The translations under genes and the position numbers were made by a program. DNA of 63,304 nt, counting the filler, from Saprolegnia diclina VS20 (lineage: Eukaryota): assembly GCF_000281045.1 (NCBI RefSeq). It is 7 parts of 3 records of this genome, joined end to end, with 100 filler letters (N's around TTAATTAATTAA, not from the genome) between each part and the next. Parts side by side here need not be neighbours in the genome. Positions count along the whole stretch, not along the records: positions 42,641 to 59,073 come from NW_008246110.1; 6 more parts are not named here. The stretch is one strand, 5' to 3'. Positions 47,198-59,173 of this stretch are shown here, piece after piece. How positions within the stretch are numbered: position 1 is the first letter of the stretch; every line of letters begins with the position of its first letter. A model generated the notes under the pieces. That model was not told where the DNA came from. It saw only the letters and a program-made list of their open reading frames with translations, and made no database searches.

Positions 47198-48539
47198 ATG
47201 GAACCTTCGCCGACGCGCCGCCGGAGCTTTGTCGTGCGGGCGCCGAGCTCTGCATCGGGCCTGCCCGCCGAGAAGACAAGCAGCGAAGAAGCGGTCGCTT
47301 GGGCTACCGCCTTGCGCGAGCACCGCCGGGCGACGGCCGAGCCAGGCGTGTCCTGGGTGCACTGTGTCGTCGTCGGCGGCGCGGTCTGCTTCCTCCTCAT
47401 CATGGTCCAGCTGTACAGCCAAGTGACATCCATGGCGTCGTTCGTACAGCCAGGTAACACACACATGCCTCTCGCGCTCTGGCCCTCGAGAACGAACGAA
47501 CGTGCATGCATAGATCGGCAGATGCGCCCGACGCGGCTCGATGTCGCAGTGGATCTCGCGACGCTCTTCCATGGCGGCGTGCAAACAGTAGAATCATCCT
47601 TGCGTCATTTGTAGCATTGACAAAGGTGCTAATTAGGTGGACTTTGAGAAGCAAGTCGTGTGCGCAGTGTGCCATGGCCACGGGTACGACCAGGCCGCGG
47701 GCCTCCGAAAGGTGACACTCAGTCAACCAGCACCATTCAATGAGATTTGCGTAGTGCCCCGTGTGTGGCGGCGCCGGCATGGTCGTGCACGAGCAACGGT
47801 TTGGCCACCGCGTCCATCGTGTTCGGCACGGCTGCGATCGCTGCAGCGGGGCGGGCCATCTTCCGAACCGCGTCTGCCCTATTTGCCACGGGCACGGGCA
47901 CCACCACGCGTCGGCTTCGATCGCCGTCCCGGTTGCGCCCGGCATGATGCACGGCGACGAGATTCTGTTGACGGGCGGCGGCGATGCACAGCGCCACGTG
48001 GCGACCGGAGACGTCCTTGTGCGACTCGTACGTGCTGCTCGCTTCGTGCCATACTATGACGTAGCCTACCTGTCGCGTAGGTGCCATCGGCATCGCCGAC
48101 AAGGTTTGTGCGGCGTGGCGACGACCTCGAGACGATCATGGTCATTTCACTCGCCGAGGTCGTACCTTGAATCGAGTTGACGTCGCAGGCATGACGACGC
48201 AACTAGGCGCTGACGGGCGTCGCGACGTACATGGAGCACCTCAGCGGCGACTTGGTGCCCATCACAACGCAGGACGTACTGCATCCACGTACGAGGCGAC
48301 GTCGTTGGGTCGTCAGGAGGCGTCACCTCGGCATGTGTAGACGCAGTTGTGCGTGTGCCAAACCAAGGCATGCCGCTGCGCCACGACCCGCAACGGTAGG
48401 ACCCGACGAAGCGTTCGTCTCTGTAGCCCGTCGTCGTCCTTGCTCTAGGCGTGGCGACTTGGTCGTGCGGTTCGACATTCGGTTCCCAACGACCTTGACG
48501 GCGGCGCAAACCGCGGGTGCGAGCTGCTGCAAGCTATAA
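47198..48539 (+). CDS. Multi-exon DnaJ-like protein (zinc finger + DnaJ_C) with an N-terminal TM segment and no J-domain
   Basis: CAVCHGHG, CPVCGGAG, CDRCSGAG and CPICHGHG; PGM..GD, GDV, F.RRGDDL, ISLAEALTG, QGMP and RGDL.V.F.I.FP. Introns include 47454-47513, 47588-47636 and 47712-47754. Confidence 0.8.
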
Positions 48540-49311
48540 GATCTGAGATTCTGATGGCATGTGTAGCTCTGCAATTGCTGTTGCCGGACGTCGATGCCGC
48601 TTAAGCGACGCTCTGTGCCCGCGTCGCAGTACGATTAGAGAATGCAGCTCTCAGCATTTGAGAGCCGAGAAGAGAGTAAGAGTTGCTGAGAGCTGGGAGA
48701 GTACCAAGAGCTCCGCGAGCTCTCAGTTATCAGGACAGTTATCCGGACAGTAGAAGCAGGGGATGCGGTCAAGGACCTTGGTGGCAGAAGGCTTTTTCCG
48801 ACAAAACTGTCCAAGTCCCGAGTCCTCATATGAAAAGAAAGCTCTGTATCGTTCCCAGATGGATGTGTCGGTACACTTCGTACTCGCAGCCACACAAGAT
48901 TGCCCATCTGCAGCCTCTGGTCTTGCGCTACAAGAGCGGCAGCTAACCGTGTTTGTCAGAGTCGAGGGTCGTGAAAGACACGGTGACGAATCATCTGCTT
49001 TCTGCAGATACCGCAGACGTTCTGGTTGTCGACGATGACGATCGACCCGTGGCCAGGACTTGTGTCGGAGCTTGCATGTTGACTTAGTAGGTACTGGATC
49101 GACTTCCTAATGGCGTCTTGGAGTCTTTCGTTCGTCACAACTCACTAATGGTACACATCGAGCAACTCGCCATCCCTGAATTGTACAGTACTCGTGCCTC
49201 CCACCAATATAGTTTCTTTGCCTCTTCAATGACAAGAAATCTTGCTCATTGCAATACGGATCGCGATGTAAAAGCACGACTGTTGGTACAGCTCAGCTCG
49301 TATTAAGAGGG

Positions 49312-50151
49312 TTACGGGGGTTGAGCGATGAGCTGGCGCAATAGCATCAAGTCGAGTCGGATCAAATCGTCTTCGTGGCCGAGCAACTCGACTGGGGGCC
49401 GCGTCAACCCCTTGTAGATAAGGCCCAGTGGGAACGACACTGCGAGGCCTGCGCGCACCGGCTTGTCAAAGCCAAACTCGACTTCTTCAACCGGCTGACC
49501 CCGGACATGGAGCACGAGCACGTAGCGACGGCTGCGCATAAAGATCTAGATACCGAGGGCGACTTGCACCGACGTGCCGTCCATCCACCGAGCGAGCGTC
49601 GCGCGCAGACTCGCGAGGCTCTCGTTCTTGCAAAAGACATCGAGAACAAGCGTCGAATAGGGCTCGCCTTCTCCGCCGTGGAGGACGTCGCCGCGCACAC
49701 CCAAGCCGCTCGGCACCATCGACATCGTTGTACCGAGGCACAAGTGCATGTTAACCGTGGCAATGGTGCGTACCATTTCGTTGAGAACCAGGGCTGTCAC
49801 AACGCGATGCGTGTGCTGATGCAGAAGCGTGCAGTCGCTGAAGACCTCGAGGCGGCCAAACGATGGGTCGTCCGCCAACGGCTCAAACGACCAGCGAGGA
49901 AACTCCAAGTCGTGTTCCCAGTACCATAGTTTACAGTCGTCGATCGAGATGCGCGGGAAGACGACAAATGGGCCCCATGACGCGTCGCCATCGTCGTCGA
50001 CGTACGGTGCGTCAGCCACAGCTGCCGCCTCCATCATATCCAAGTGATCTAGGGCTGCGGCAAAGTTCGGTGGTAGCTTACTGCGAAAGCTTGCCTTCGC
50101 GGCCTGCTTGTGCGCCATCGCCTCGACGGTCTTGTGGTAGTATTCGGTCAT
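49312..50151 (-). pseudogene. Uma2-like PD-(D/E)XK nuclease-fold gene with an in-frame TAG at 49546-49548
   Basis: Paralogue of 50967-51845; GI*IF where the paralogue reads GIKV; the frame continues to 49312; internal deletion near the putative PD motif. Confidence 0.7.
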
Positions 50152-50966
50152 TTGAGTTGTGCTGCTATATGCTGCCCATCCAGTTGTGGGATCTGCCCTG
50201 TCCCAAGAGAAGAAACAGAAAGGCCGAGAAGGGAATCAGATCCAGGGTTAAAAGAAAAATGACACAACTGGGTGTGTTTGAGAAAAGCTGCGTCAAAACA
50301 CGAATTTAGAGAAGAAATAACCTTTCGCCCAAGTTTTCGGCAGGGTGTTTGCGTTGTTTGACAAGGTACTCTCAGGTGGGAGTGATGAGGTAGGTTCGAG
50401 GAGTGTCGTGTAGGAGTCTTGTTAGCGGGTAAGGCGGCGTACGAAGAGGGGTATGTGAAAATATCGACGAACCGCGTGCCACACAGAGTAGAACCAAGTC
50501 TGTGTATTTTATTCTATTCAATTTACCCTTTGCTGTTATATCGATGCCCTCGTACACCCCGTTTTGACATTTTCCCGGGTCAAAATCCATCGCGGAGCAT
50601 CACTGTTGGCATGTCCATGGCATCGACTGCAGCTTTCTGCGCAGTCTTCCGTGATCGCTAGAGCTTGTCATCTGCAAGCTCATAAGGCTACGCAGCCGAG
50701 GCCTCCCATTGGAGCACTACTACCGGTGACCAAGGTACAATCCTTGGCATTCAGGCTGATTGATCTGCAACCGACCAATCAATCACAACCATTGGAACTA
50801 AAATCGACGACGACGAAAAGCTGAAAGATTCGCAATCGGCCAATCGCCACGCTTTGAAAATAGAAGCCACCAATCACACGTGTCCAAAACTAGAACGAGC
50901 AACGTCCCTCACACAAAGTCAACGACCAACAAGGGATATTGACGACCAACAACCGACAACCGTCAA

Positions 50967-51845
50967 ATGGCAAGCTTCGGAGCAACCTCCTTCCAGAACC
51001 TCTCGATCAAGGAGGACGCATCGGCGCCTCGAATCGACGTGGGTGCTGCCCACGCCCACCTCGACGCCATCGATGCGGCCTTGGAGCACACGGCGCCGCT
51101 CGTCGACGCTGACGGCGATGCGTCATGGGGCCCCGTCGTCGTCGCCCCGCACATTTCGTTGGCCGAAGCAGTCATTGTCGGCCAAGAGCTGCTGCATCGG
51201 TGGGTGTTTGAGCCATTTATCGAGAACCCAACGGTCGGGCGACTGCTGGCCTCCAGCAAACACACATTTGTCCACGACCACTCGCGTCGCGTCGCCATGA
51301 CCACGATCGACTACCAGCTACGCGACATGACTCGATTTCAACTTGACGACGTCCAACTCGCGACGGGTCGGCGTCTGTGCCGCGTCCAGCAAGCCACCGA
51401 CTCGTTGACGCCGTTGGGACTCGTCGTTGGTGGCGATGTGCTGGACGCGGGGGACGGCCAGCCGTACCCGACATTTGTGCTGGAGATCTTCTACAAGAAT
51501 GAGAGTTTGAGCGACTTGCGCGCGACGCTCGCTCGATGGATGGACGGAACGTCGGTGCAAGTGGCGTTTGGCATCAAGGTGAACACGCGAGGCCATCGCT
51601 ATGTGCTTGTGCTCCACGTCCGTGGCCAGCCGGTGGTAGAAAGTCGCATTGACCACCACGCGACTCCCATTCGCTGGGCAGGCTTTCCAGTCGCCGCTTT
51701 GTACTGGGGCGTGGCTTTGCCGCCGGCGCTGGCAGGTTATGCGGAAGCGATGGTTAACGTTGACATTTACCTGCTGCGGGAATCTCTGTATGGTCCGAAC
51801 AGCGCGGCGACGGGTGCAGGGTTCGGCTATATAGGATTTTCGTAG
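50967..51845 (+). CDS. Uma2-like restriction-endonuclease-fold protein
   Basis: 292 aa; QQATDSLTP..GQPYPTFVLEIFYKNES..L..W..TSVQVAFGIK and FP..LY.G motifs; a CCAAT cluster lies upstream (about 50700-50880). Confidence 0.68.
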   Translation: MASFGATSFQNLSIKEDASAPRIDVGAAHAHLDAIDAALEHTAPLVDADGDASWGPVVVAPHISLAEAVIVGQELLHRWVFEPFIENPTVGRLLASSKHTFVHDHSRRVAMTTIDYQLRDMTRFQLDDVQLATGRRLCRVQQATDSLTPLGLVVGGDVLDAGDGQPYPTFVLEIFYKNESLSDLRATLARWMDGTSVQVAFGIKVNTRGHRYVLVLHVRGQPVVESRIDHHATPIRWAGFPVAALYWGVALPPALAGYAEAMVNVDIYLLRESLYGPNSAATGAGFGYIGFS

Positions 51846-52353
51846 CAATTCCCATTTCATTCATAAAGGGGATCAAAATATCAATCTCGGGTTGCTGTTG
51901 GCAGCATGAAATAGACAATGACGAGGCGAATCGATCACCGTGCAGTCCAGTGCTCGATTCATTTTCTGGCCGAAGGTTTGCTTCCTTTCAGTTTTAGGTG
52001 TACGAAACTACGAGAGAAAGTGCCATGAACTATTTGCATTGGTCGTGAATGCGAAGAGTTGACGATGTGCGACGACCGCATCTTCGTCTCTTGTTTACCC
52101 TTGCACCTCGTTGGGCAGTCCTGGGGCAGTCCTGGCTTGGTGCCGTAGATTATGTTGGATACATAGCCAGCTACTGTATTATATTTTCACCCTGCGCAAT
52201 TACTATATTCCGCTCGGATACATGGATTCTCCACTGAGTTCGACTGTACGATGTACTCAAGAGCGATGGGAGACGACATTTTGCAAAGTTGACATCTCTA
52301 AACGACGTGGCACTTCACACGTCGGTCTCTCCACACAATATTTCTATGCTTGC

Positions 52354-53679
52354 TTAAAGCTTCTTCAAAATGTCATCATAACGGGGCACGTGCGTGAGGT
52401 CGCCGACCGACGCCAACGACGGCTTCGACGCGACGAGCTTCGCGGCGAGCGTCTGGACGTCCTTGACCGAGACCGCGTGCAACGCGGCGTGCGTCGAGGC
52501 TTCCGTGATGGCCGACTGGGCAAACGCCGAACGCGCGAGCTGCGTCAACGCACCGTTCTTCGTGTCGACAAAGCTGCTGTAGCAGAGACCCGACGACTTC
52601 TTGGCAGCTTCCAACTCGGCGGCCGAGAGCGGGCTCGAGGCAACCGCCTGGAACTCCTTCAGGAACGAGGCGACGAGGGCCGAGGCGTCGTCCGGGCGGG
52701 CGACACCGCTCAAGCCGAGCAAGGAGGCATCGGCGTAGACGGCGCGGAACGCCGACGAGGCACCGGCGATGCGGCCCTTGAGGACGTGCTCCAAGACATG
52801 GGCAGCGCTCTTCTCCTGGGTGTTGAGGGCACCGGCCGAGAAACCGAGAGCAACGTACGAAACCGGCGACGCGGCGGCGACGCGGTGCTCGCCACCGACG
52901 TAGTGGGCAGCGGCGGGCTTGGTGCGGTCACCAGCGACGACACCCGAGAAGTGCGTGTTGGCAATGTCGTTCAACGCCGACTGGTTGATGCCACGGCCGA
53001 CAAGGACCATGTTGGCGGCGTTCACGTTGGCGTCATAGAAGGCGCGGACGTCCTTGGCCTTGAGCGCCGAGACGTTCTTCGAAAAGACGGTGCGGCCCAA
53101 CGTGCGGTTGTCGTAGAACGCAGCAGCGTGGATGCCCTCAGACAAGAGGTCGGCGGCGTTCGAGCGGAGGAGCTCAATGTCGACTTCAGCCTTCGCCTTC
53201 TGCGTCGACACGTCCCACTCGGCGCAGCGCGCGGCCAAGACAGACTCGGCGAGGATCGCGGCGGCCTCGTCAATGTGCTCGGGCGTCACCGAGATCGACA
53301 AGTTGACATAGTCACGGCCGACAGAGCTCGAGATGCTGCCACCAATGGCCTCAATGTCGCGGAACAAGGCGAGGTCCGAGCGGGCATCCGTCGAGCGGAA
53401 CGCCAACTTGCTCGCGAGGAGCGAGATACCAGCGTTCTTGTCCGACTCGAAGCGCGCGCCCGTGTTGAACGTCACGCCGAGCGTCGCAACCGTGCAGTGC
53501 GCCGGCGAAGCCGAGGCCACGCCGAGGCCCTTGCCGGTGGCACCGACCGCAATCTCGCTGGCGAGGGGCGACGCATGGAGCGCGGGCAGGTACGGCAGCT
53601 CTTCCGCGAGGCTGGACGCGTGGCGCGCCGACGAGAGCGCACGACGCGACGCGGTCGAACGAAGGACACTCAAGCTCAT
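52354..53679 (-). CDS. QCR2: Mitochondrial M16-family non-catalytic subunit (cytochrome bc1 core 2 / alpha-MPP-like)
   Basis: Presequence MSLSVLRSTASRR; GARFE..GISLLASKLAFRST..RS.L..FRDIEAIGG; no HXXEH; C-terminal PSLASVGDL..VP.YD. Confidence 0.85.
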   Translation of the reverse strand: MSLSVLRSTASRRALSSARHASSLAEELPYLPALHASPLASEIAVGATGKGLGVASASPAHCTVATLGVTFNTGARFESDKNAGISLLASKLAFRSTDARSDLALFRDIEAIGGSISSSVGRDYVNLSISVTPEHIDEAAAILAESVLAARCAEWDVSTQKAKAEVDIELLRSNAADLLSEGIHAAAFYDNRTLGRTVFSKNVSALKAKDVRAFYDANVNAANMVLVGRGINQSALNDIANTHFSGVVAGDRTKPAAAHYVGGEHRVAAASPVSYVALGFSAGALNTQEKSAAHVLEHVLKGRIAGASSAFRAVYADASLLGLSGVARPDDASALVASFLKEFQAVASSPLSAAELEAAKKSSGLCYSSFVDTKNGALTQLARSAFAQSAITEASTHAALHAVSVKDVQTLAAKLVASKPSLASVGDLTHVPRYDDILKKL

Positions 53680-54359
53680 GATGCTCAGGGGAATTGACTG
53701 AAATGACTGGTTTGCCATCGAAGGGCGGCCACCCGCCACCTGCGTACTCGAAATACATTTTAACCAATCACGTCCGCCGCTTGGTTTGCACTTGCATTTT
53801 GTATGCACCTGCGCGGCCGATGCCGAAGCCCGCCGAGCGCCAGGTTTAAAAATATACAACCTGTACTAGATATTTGTATGTAGCATTGATTTGGGGCCGT
53901 TGGCCGGCCCATTAGGTTCTGGAGGTTCCGCACAAAAACATGCGTGATGAAACGGACGGCTAATCGCACGCATCTTGCCGTTGCCGTCAACGGCGTCGAC
54001 TAGATCGCATCGCGTGGTCCCCGGCCCACGACCTCGTCCTGGCGCGACCACCCACGCCACGAACACCATTGCATGGCCTCCACGTCCATGTATATGTTGA
54101 TGCGTTTTTCTAAAAGCCCACGGGCATATATGGACAAGTGTTGCGCCGGCGGTATGGACCGGCCGAGGCTGCATGGAACACGCATAGAACACTTATAGCT
54201 GTCTCTAATAAAGACGTTGGCGCGTAGACCTTCAAGCGTACATGCGTTTGGTGCCAACCTTCTATCGAGGAGCGTCGCAGCGACCATACGCCTTCTGGCT
54301 GCGGATGCGTGTGGTTGGGTGTTTTTAACCTGCCGTGTAACCGGTCCATTGAAACCGAA

Positions 54360-57300
54360 ATGAAGGCCAAGGCCGGCGCCGACTTTGCCAAGGTCCTCGA
54401 GACTTTGACGGAGAAGCAGACGTCGGACCTGCACTCGCGCCACGTTGCACTTCTCGAGAGCACGACGCTAAACCACCCACAAGGGTACGACGACGGCGCT
54501 ATTTTTGCTGATTTGGCATGGAGAAAATGCTTTAGGTTTCGCCTTGCGGACCTCCCGGTGGTCGCACAGATCCTGGAAGCCGCGTACGCAAAAATTGAAG
54601 CCGGTGTCGATGTGCTCATTGCGCCTGTGTGTGCGTGGACGGCCCACTGCAGCAAGGTACACGACCATACGCTGCAACTTGTAAACGCTGGCGTAGCCGT
54701 ACCTGCGCACCAAGTCGAACGAAGAATTTACGAATCCGCAGCTGCTGCACAGCATTACGCGTCTTCTCGGTCGGTTCTTGACGTCGTTTGAAGCTCAAAT
54801 TCAGGTCGCGGCCGCCGAGACTTTGCTCAACATTGCAACTGGCAACTGTACCCACGTTCTCAAAATGAAAATGAATATGAAAATGGCATTGCAGGCTTGA
54901 GCAACTCGGTGCGCAGCAGCTCCAACGTCGACGAAAACCTCGACGACCAGCGGCCATTGCCCCGCGACTACTCGCAGCAGCTCATGGAAAAGTGTGGCAT
55001 CGTGCCAGCACTCGCGTCTGCGCTCGAGACGCTCGTCCACGACCAACTTGTACACCTGCTTGCGATGCTTGATACATTCCATTTATATATATACATTGAT
55101 ACTGTAGGAAAACGAAGGCGACGATCCATCGAGCGGCCGCATGGACCTGCTCCTCTTCCCGCTTGTCGACTTAGTCCAAGAAGTGTCGAGCTGGGGCCCG
55201 AACGCCCAGGCGCTCACGCAGGCCGGGACGCTTGCGTACATCATTGAGATCCTCGACAGCATCCACGACCTCCGCGACGAGCTCCTCCCGCTCTGCATGG
55301 AGATCCTATGGAACGTCCTCGAGTCGTGCGCGTCGGCGACCGCCAGCATCCAGCGCTGCGTGTCGCGCAGTGTCCTCATCCACGCGTTTCGCACAACGAA
55401 TGCGATCCACGTCATGGGCTCGCCACGCACCTTTGACGTGCTCCACAAGCTCTTCAAGCAGCTGCTTCTGCAAGGCCACCGCAAACAAGACAAGGAGCTC
55501 CGGTACTTTTTTTGCTCATTTTTGCTGAGTTTTGCGGATTTTCGTCGGGTATAGCAACATGTGCCTCATGATTGCCGACATCCTTGCGTCCAAGCGGCGC
55601 AACATCCCGTGCTTTGAAGCCTCGCAATGGCTGCACACGCTACTCGCGTACGCGACCGCCTGCGAAACCGGTCACTTGGCTGGCCTCGCCAAAGCCACCA
55701 ACTTTGCGAGCGCGAGCGACGAAGACTTCGAGCTCAAGCACATTTTATGGATTCTCCTCTCGGACATTTGCACGGGGCACGAGGCCATGGTGCCAATTGT
55801 CGCCGACTCGGCGCTTGTCGATGTGCTTTTGATGTACGTCGCGATGCGCCCGGACGACGCGCACACGGCCGTCGCGACGCAGTGGACGCCGTCGCAGCGC
55901 CGGACGCTCCAAGTGCTCGCGCTCAACGTGCTCTCCAACCTCACGGCGTTGGTGCCCGAGCGCTTTATCGCCGTGAACGGCCACGTTGTGATCCTCGAAT
56001 TCGTCACCGTATTTTTTTTGACAAATTGATAAATTGATGGTACAAATTGAGATGGTCGTGGACTAGGCGGCGACCGACCCGGAAGCGTGTGCGGTTGCGC
56101 TCTTGATACTCATGCAAGTCGTGACGACGCCGACGCTGCAGCAAGACATTGGTGACATCTCGGGCGTCGAAGGCATGCTGGCGCTCTTCTGCGACTCGTC
56201 GCACCCGTGCTCGATTCGGCGCACGGCCAGTACGAATCGATGACAGATCGGCATCATGCACTCATATATGGATTCTAGTCACGATCTGCAGCCAGCTCTG
56301 CGCGCACCATGCAAGCAACCAAGCGCGGTTCCGTCGTGCGAACGGCGTCAACGTAGTGCTGCAGTCGATGCGCTTCAACCCGTCCGACGCGGTTCGCCAA
56401 GACAATCTCATCGTTGCCATCGTCGGCTGTATCTGGTCGAGCATCATTGGCAACCCCGAGAATGAGATCGCTTTCATCCAGTCGGAAGGCGTCGACAACC
56501 TGCTCGACCTTTTGGAGCTGTACGACCTATGTCATCCGAACGACTTGCGACTGGGACACGCGTAGCGCACCGCGCATCATGTGCGGCCAAGTGCTTGGCG
56601 CGCTCGCCGAGCTCTGCGTCAATTCAAAAGCGTCTGCGTACTACCACGCGTGGAAGAGCAAGAAGCACATTAGCGCGTCGCAGATGCTACTGCTCATGTA
56701 CGCCGACGAAGAGAAGCGGTTGGGCGTCGCCCGCCCGCCGAGCGGTGTCATCGCCAACGTCCACCGCCCACTACTCGCCCACGGGCTGGTGGACGACCAG
56801 ACGCTTGCGACCTGTAATTGTCATGTCCAAGCGAGTGTGTCCTCCAATGTCGATGGTGTAGCCCCCGAAAAGCGCCCCGTGTCACCGCCGCCAGTGGCCT
56901 TTCTGCGGCTCAAGCAAGCCATCACGCACGCCAAGGGCTTCCGCAATACGGACCCGAATCGACGTACCACGATCGAATGCAATCGAAACCACATGACAAG
57001 ATAGGACTCGCGACGGCCACGGAAAAGGTCGACTTGCGGGCCAAGATCTACGCCGTGCTCGCCAGCGTCGGCTTTTCCTGCATGGCCGACGACCTCTCGT
57101 ACGAGGTACACATCGAACGACCACGGCCGAGGACGGATGATCGATAGGACCAAATCACGCTCGCGGTCGCAAAGGAGTTTCCGGTGTTCCGGCTCGGCAT
57201 GGTGTGGCTCGATGTCAAGCTCGCGCTCGTTGCGCATGGCATCCGGCCCACGTACGCGGACGCAGTTCTGATCGAGCACCACCTCCATGAGGCATACGCG

Positions 57301-57579
57301 ATCGTCCAGCACGTCCGGCACACGCAGCATGCGATCTTTGCCCGGCGGGAGGCCGACGAAGCGACCGAAGAAGACATTTTCTTTGCGAGCGTCAAGCACC
57401 ACAAGGAGCAGGAGCTCCAGACGCGCAAGAAAAACACGATGCAGGTGTCGAGCATGAAGGCGCATTTGGAGGCGAAGAAACGCAAGGCCGAAATGATGCG
57501 CAAGGTGTCGCTGCCGGGCGAGACGGGCGCTAGCAATAGCTACTTTACGGACCCGCCGCCGATCTTTCATGATTTGTAA
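54360..57579 (+). CDS. CFAP69: Cilia- and flagella-associated protein 69 (ARM-like), multi-exon
   Basis: EILWNVLE, FKQLLLQGHRKQDKELR, EDFELKHIL, WTPSQRRTLQVLAL and DLRAKIYAVL match recalled CFAP69 motifs; many short introns. Confidence 0.85.
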
Positions 57580-58425
57580 ACGTAAACTACCAGCTTGTAC
57601 AGAACGAAGTCTGCCGCCACGTCCGGTATGGGCGTCTTCACCGCGCATTGTATACACTGAACGGGCCGACGAGATAAACTCAGAGATATTAGTTCTTGCC
57701 TACAACCCAGTGGTGCTGACTCCCACGTAGCGGTACCTATACAAAGTCTTTTTGTATTATAATGATAACGAAGATACAACGTGAAACACGTTCATATATA
57801 AAAGACATAATATTCACATGGGCACCTCCTGGGGGAGCTAGGATGCACAGAGCATGAGCTAGTCGGTTCTATACCACTTTGTCGGAATATCTTGTGCTTG
57901 ACCCATGATCTCATTCAACTGGACCTCCACCGTTTTGAATCCATTTGCGAATGGGGTATTCACAGCACCCAGTATCAGATCAGATGAATCGAGACAATCG
58001 AGCGGGATAATGTCTACTTTCGTAGGTACAGCAAAGTAGGCTGCGGTCTCGAAACCCTATGTCCATAACGACCTGCGTTTCGTAGGAAGGCGCAGGATGC
58101 CCTCGGCCAGCCAGCGCGCTTTCAGCAGGTATGATTCATGTCGACCCAACCGGTTTTGGGGTTGGCTCTGCCTTGGGATTTGCAGCCGGTTCGACGCCGA
58201 GCCGAGCCAAAGCTACCACGACTCGATCTCACACCTCAATACAAGAAACTGATACTTCGATACATTTGACTTTGCCCCGTGCTCCAAGTGTATCAACGTA
58301 ACCGTGCCAATATCGCTTTCGATATATCAAGAGAAAGATCGCAAGTCACTCACAAATACACTTTCTTCTTCGTACGTAGGTCGAACACCATGACGGCTGT
58401 TGCCACATGCAAGACGCCGTGTCTC

Positions 58426-59073
58426 TTACAAGGCCTGACCCGCGATCGAGTTGTAGCCGTTGCGCTGGCGCGTCGTGAAGAAGCCGACGAGGAACATGAC
58501 GCCGACGCCGCCCGTGGCCGCGGCCGCGAGCGCGTACGACTTGTTGCTCGAGAGCATCGTCATGAACGAGACGCTCGACGTGATCGAGTACTTGGGGTAG
58601 CTGCCCGGAATGCTCTGCTCTTGCGCGATCTCGTAGCACGACTTGCCGCCGTTGAGCGACGGCTGCGTGACGTCGCCCGAGACAGGGTCGATGACACAAT
58701 CAACAGCGCACGTCTTTTGCTCTTCAACCAAGCACGCATCGTTGAGACCGCCGTTCTGCGCTGGGTAGTCGATGTTGATGGTGCGGCGCGAAAAGCCCTG
58801 CGCGTTGCAGTTGGACCACGCGCCCCACGTGTCACCCGGCTTGCAGTTGACGACGCACAGCTCGTACTTGGTGAGGTCACCGCACGGGCGACCGCCGTTG
58901 AGCGGCGCCGTGATGACGGAGCGCGTCCAGGTCTGCTGGCCCGCGAGGTCCCCGCGCACGGCGCACTCGCCTTGGTTCCACTCAGAGAGCGCGCAGTGGA
59001 CGGCGCACGTCTCCGTCACGGCGAGGTTGCACGTGAGACCGTTCTGGGGAGTGTAGAGGTACGTGGCCGAGCC
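58426..59073 (-). CDS. C-terminal fragment of a thrombospondin type-1 (spondin-like) repeat membrane protein
   Basis: C.LSEW..C..TRSVITAPLNGGRPC and WGAWSNC..RRTI..PAQNGG..C; TM helix; short tail with YNSI; 5' end lies in the join. Confidence 0.8.
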   Translation of the reverse strand, partial: GSATYLYTPQNGLTCNLAVTETCAVHCALSEWNQGECAVRGDLAGQQTWTRSVITAPLNGGRPCGDLTKYELCVVNCKPGDTWGAWSNCNAQGFSRRTINIDYPAQNGGLNDACLVEEQKTCAVDCVIDPVSGDVTQPSLNGGKSCYEIAQEQSIPGSYPKYSITSSVSFMTMLSSNKSYALAAAATGGVGVMFLVGFFTTRQRNGYNSIAGQAL

Positions 59074-59173
59074 NNNNNNNNNNNNNNNNNNNNNNNNNNN
59101 NNNNNNNNNNNNNNNNNTTAATTAATTAANNNNNNNNNNNNNNNNNNNNNNNNNNNNNNNNNNNNNNNNNNNN

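Noticed and set aside
49546..49548. In-frame TAG (and the TGA at 60969) as recoding or selenocysteine
   Set aside because: Each is a single-base change from the paralogue's Lys or Trp codon, so a nonsense mutation or sequencing error is simpler.
52111..53697. Long antisense or alternative-frame ORFs (also 4969-6501, 30863-32503, 40273-41448)
   Set aside because: These are shadow ORFs caused by high GC3 in the real genes on the other strand; they show no motifs.
58150..58220. GGTTCGA T-loop-like motif as a tRNA
   Set aside because: No cloverleaf stems or A-box could be formed.
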